Positions 62,835-64,000 of a stretch of 64,000 nucleotides of DNA are shown here, in pieces. The DNA lies in contig NC_091977.1 of NCBI RefSeq assembly GCF_044704955.1, positions 261,702,001 through 261,766,000 on the forward strand, given 5' to 3'. Made by a program: the position numbers and the translations under genes. Numbering within the stretch: position 1 is the stretch's first letter; the number at the start of each line of letters is the position of its first letter. The DNA comes from Pristiophorus japonicus. Taxonomy: Eukaryota. The notes beneath the pieces are model-generated. The model ran no database searches. It was given only the letters and a program-made list of their open reading frames with translations, and had not been told where the DNA came from.

Positions 62835-64000
62835 TAAAAAAAACCCTTAAGACTCTGTGTCTCAATGCGAGGAGCATTCGTAATAAGGTGGATGAATTAA
62901 CTGTGCAGATAGCTCTTAACGGATATGATGTAATTGGGATTACAGAGACATGACTCCAGAGTGACCAAGGCTGGGAACTCAACATACAGTGGTATTCAAT
63001 ATTCAGGAAGGATAGACAGAAAGGAAAAGGAGGTGGGGTAGCGTTGCTGGTTAAAGAGGAGATTAAGGCAATAGTAAGGAAGGACATTAGCTTGGATGAT
63101 GTGGAATCTGTATGGGTAGAGCTGTGGAACACTAAAGGGCAGAAAACGCTAGTGGGAGTTGTGTACAGACCACCAAACAGCAGTAGTGTGGTTGGGGATG
63201 ACATCAAACAGGAAATTAGGGATGTGTGCACGAAAGGTACAGCATTTATCATGGGTGACTTTAATCTACATATAGATTGGGATAACCAAAGTGGCAGCAA
63301 TATGGTGGAGGAGGATTTCCTGGAGTATATAAGGGATGGTTTTCTAGAACAACATGGCGAGGAACCAACTAGAAAGCTGGCCATCCTCGACTGGGTGTTG
63401 TGCAATGAAAGAGAATTAATTAGCAATCTTGTTGTGTGAGGCCCCTTGCGGAAGAGTGACCACAATATGGTTGAATTCTTCATTAAGATGGAGAGTGACA
63501 TAGTTAATTCAGAGACTAGGGTCCTGAACTTAAAGAAAGGTAGCTTCGATGGTATGAGACATGAATTGGCTAGGGTAGACTGGTGAATGCTACGTAAAGG
63601 GTTGACGGTGGATAGGCAATGGCAGACATTTAAAGATCACATGGATGAACTTCAATACTTGTACATCTCTGTCTGGCATAAAAATAAAATGGGGAAGGTG
63701 GCTCAACCGTGGCTAACAAGGAAAATTAGGGATAGTGTTAAATCCAAGGAAGAGGCATATAAATTGGCCAGAAAAAGCAGCAAACCTGAGGACTGGGAGA
63801 AATTTAGAATTCAGCAGAGGAGTACAAAGGGTTTAATTAGGAGGGGGAAAAGCTTATTAGGGTAAGTTTTCTGGGAACATAAAAACTGACTGCAAAAGCT
63901 TCTACAGATATGTAAAGAGAAAAAAATTAGTGAAGACAAATGTAGGTCCCTTGCAGTCAGAATTAGGTGAATTAGGCAAACAAAGAAATGGCAGACCAAT
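62835..64000 (+). mobile_element. CR1 ORF2 APE endonuclease region, disrupted, running off the window
   Basis: LNARSIRNK, IGITET, VYRPP, MGDFN, ILDWVL, SDH. Near-identical to the reverse complement of 58350-59030. Confidence 0.92.

Overview
Eukaryotic, repeat-saturated genomic DNA with no confidently identifiable host gene. The repeat repertoire (Deu-domain tRNA SINEs, CR1, L2 and RTE LINEs, Penelope, Mag-type Gypsy, Harbinger) suggests a vertebrate, most likely a shark or other cartilaginous fish; this is an inference. All recognisable coding sequence belongs to decayed mobile elements: four Gypsy LTR elements plus a solo LTR, about ten CR1 pieces, an RTE LINE, a Penelope element, two Harbinger transposase fossils, and about a dozen GC-rich TIR miniature elements. 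The most unusual feature is a gag-pol Gypsy element at 37650-42111 whose two LTRs are inverted rather than direct, yet which has a clean 5-bp target-site duplication and collinear flanks. Other notable features are a near-perfect 183-bp-arm palindrome (33581-33952), a 31 x 40-bp minisatellite adjoining an RTE-tailed SINE, a Penelope hammerhead-ribozyme remnant, and a multi-level CR1/Gypsy/CR1 nest. Coordinates and mismatch counts were read by eye and may be off by a few bases.
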